DNA of 63,812 nt, the filler included, from Sphacelaria rigidula (Eukaryota), in assembly GCA_964200075.2 (NCBI GenBank). It is 8 parts of 8 records of this genome, joined end to end, with 100 filler letters (N's around TTAATTAATTAA, not from the genome) between each part and the next. Parts side by side here need not be neighbours in the genome. Positions count along the whole stretch, not along the records: positions 55,925 to 63,812 come from CAXNAA020013093.1; 7 more parts are not named here. One strand, written 5' to 3'. Position 1 is the stretch's first letter. Each line of letters starts with the position of its first letter. The notes beneath the pieces were generated by a model that saw nothing but the letters and a program-made list of their open reading frames with translations, had not been told where the DNA came from and did no database searches. This document shows, one piece after another, positions 61,601 through 63,812 of the stretch. The translations under genes were made by a program, and so were the position numbers.

Positions 61601-63011
61601 TACAATCCTATACCAAATGCATGTGTGAAAAACAAATCCGCCTGGGGGCAGGCTTCTGAGAAACGAAGGATTCATATCGTTTCCGCCTGGCCATGTACTT
61701 GAGCCGAACCCGAACCCGTCCCCCCAACGACTCTGGCGCTGGAATTTAGTTACAACCTTTGCAATGATGATTCTAGGTACTTTGGGGGAAGGTGTAATCA
61801 TCGAATGATCTGAAACCAATTTCCAGGATTCTGGTGAACTGATCATGATATAGTCGGCGGTGTCACCGCTTCCCACAAAAGAGAGCCACTGTAAATAGCG
61901 ATGCTGCGCGGTCCCGACAGTCGTTGTGAACGTGATACGCCCCACGTCTCCGTCGATAAATTGATAACCGCGATGCAATTTTGATCAAGACTATGCTCGT
62001 CTGGATAGACCCAGCATCGGACCAAGACTACGTTCGTCTGAACAGCCCCAGCACTGGCCCCAAAACCTGCGCTGTGTGACTTGTACGATCCGAGGTCTCT
62101 CCTGGCTGTACATCAAAGCTATGTACTTAATGATGCTACGATGCTGGAACAAGACTGCAGAATATAATTGTCGACACGGCGTCAAACGCCTCTTCAACGA
62201 TCATGCCCCAGATTTGCAAGTCCGAAAGAATCTACAGTATTTTCACACGCTCCTCCTCAAAATCGTTCTTCAGAGGTTCAGACGATCATACGAGTGCCTG
62301 ATCCAATTTCGAGGCTGCTGTTGGGCAACGAAAGCGGATGAGATTATGTACTGTGAACTCTTGTCCTACCTTTCCGGACGCAAAGTATTCCCCACCACCA
62401 TCCTCCAGCTGCTTGGACATATTGCTCACCCACCTAGCCAGGAAGAAAGAGACGAAAAAGAAACAAAAATATACAAGTTCAATACGTGAAGAGGGCCGTC
62501 GGATCCTACACCTGCCGTGCGTGGCTCCGGAATCGCGTGTGTTGTCTGATTTCACCATTTCCCCACTTAGACTCGCTTTCTATGGATGAATCTCCCACGG
62601 CCAATTTCGGCCGCGAAATACCAGAGAACACACCACCGAGGACATGAAAATAATGCACCATATCTCGCCATTCGGGGGTGCTCCGCGCGAGCATAGGGAG
62701 CATGTTCAACCGTACGGTAGCGTCGGGACTGCCAGTGTTTGAGCATTCATCAATCTGGTGACATCTTCACTCACACGCCCAACACCATGATCTAATTCTA
62801 GTGAAAAATAATTCAACCGTTTCAACACTAGACCTCGTTTCGGCAAACCAAAACGACTGACAATCCAATTGAATATGTGCAACCACGTACAGAGACTGTA
62901 CTGTCTGCATACAGAAGGGTGAAAAACAAAATGAACGGCGTGTAGTACGGACAACATAGTGCTGTCTTTACTATCTGCAGACGTGGAGATTTTAAAAAAA
63001 ACAGAAAAATA

Positions 63012-63400
63012 GTCGTACGCCCAGGCCCTCAAGAAGATCAGGTGCTAAAGTGCTACAGCTATCGTCCGGGAACGGCGGCTGCTGTTCGCGGTAGCACTGA
63101 CTAGGCAACCGGACGGATGACTACCGAAGCGACTGGCATTCGGAACACTTGGGGGGGCAGGACGGGGGACCAGGACCACGGTGCCCGGAACAAAACTGGC
63201 TGAGATGCCTGAGGGGCGATGCCCAAGCTTTCGGAGCCACATCTAGCTCTAACGACGACAAACGACAAATGCTCGCAGTCGACAGCGTCGTCTGGCCCTC
63301 AGCAGCGAAACAGGAGGGGGGGATGCTGTGGCACGCGGGGGTGTTGCAGGGAGCGGAGATAGTTGTGACGTCATGGGAGAAGGACAAAGGGGAGGGGCAG
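63012..63400 (+). mobile_element. RTE-type LINE ORF2 C-terminal fragment, degenerate
   Basis: SYAQALKKIRC*SATAIVRERRLLFAVALTRQPDG*LPKRLAFGTL...PEQNWLRCL resembles the RRLxWxGHxxRxxxxRLPK RT-thumb tail of RTE LINEs; in-frame stops. Confidence 0.7.
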
Positions 63401-63812
63401 CCGGATACGTGCGAATGATCGGGACATCAACCAATCAACACAGCAGTGACCACGGCTCAGAGTGGGGTGTACTCATGATCATGCATGCCATAGTCATAAG
63501 ACCATTGTGGGGGGGGGGGCAAGCAATCTCACACAAACCGGCGACTGCACCATGATTTGCCAGCAGGCCCCGCTGGGTACAAGTGACAGCCTGGATCCAT
63601 TTTTGAGGTTCAGCATTTGAATGAGTTTCAAGTCGAAGACAGCGCTTTCCCTGACCTAAAGTCATGACCGATGAATTTCACGACCTCATGCCCCCCGACC
63701 TCCTCAAAACTATTTTTGGGGGTTGTCCGTCTTCCGTGCCCCCAAAGCGTATATGCTGGTTAGACACCCATGAGGCAGTCTAGAAGCCGTGGCTGTCTCT
63801 GGAAGTGGCGAT

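Overview
Eukaryotic, repeat-rich genomic DNA, most likely from a brown alga (Phaeophyceae, Ectocarpus/kelp-like). The evidence is long GT-AG introns, a heterokont bipartite plastid-targeting presequence and a ROCO gene built from 72-nt LRR exons. The window is not one locus. It is eight contigs of 7890, 7890, 7889, 7889, 7889, 7889, 7888 and 7888 bp, size-sorted and joined by 100-nt N/TTAATTAATTAA spacers, so every gene is partial and adjacency across spacers is meaningless. Host genes: an LRR-ROC GTPase (ROCO) with a tandem exon+intron LRR array, a plastid GGPP synthase 5' end, condensin kleisin CAP-H exons, a PAO/TIC55-like Rieske oxygenase and an Sfi1-repeat protein. Mobile DNA: two decayed Ty3/Gypsy elements head-to-head, two decayed Ty1/Copia elements, an RTE-type LINE fragment, tRNA-derived SINEs, and many MITEs (hAT-, piggyBac-, Stowaway- and Sola-like), some nested. 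The most interesting system is the modular, recombining LRR exon cassette of the ROCO gene. This type of system is already known from Ectocarpus, but here it shows mosaic exons, a pseudo-exon and in-frame cryptic donors. Also notable are covarying palindromes/hairpins in the retrotransposon leaders, where a canonical tRNA PBS is not obvious. All calls were made by eye; no database searches were run.
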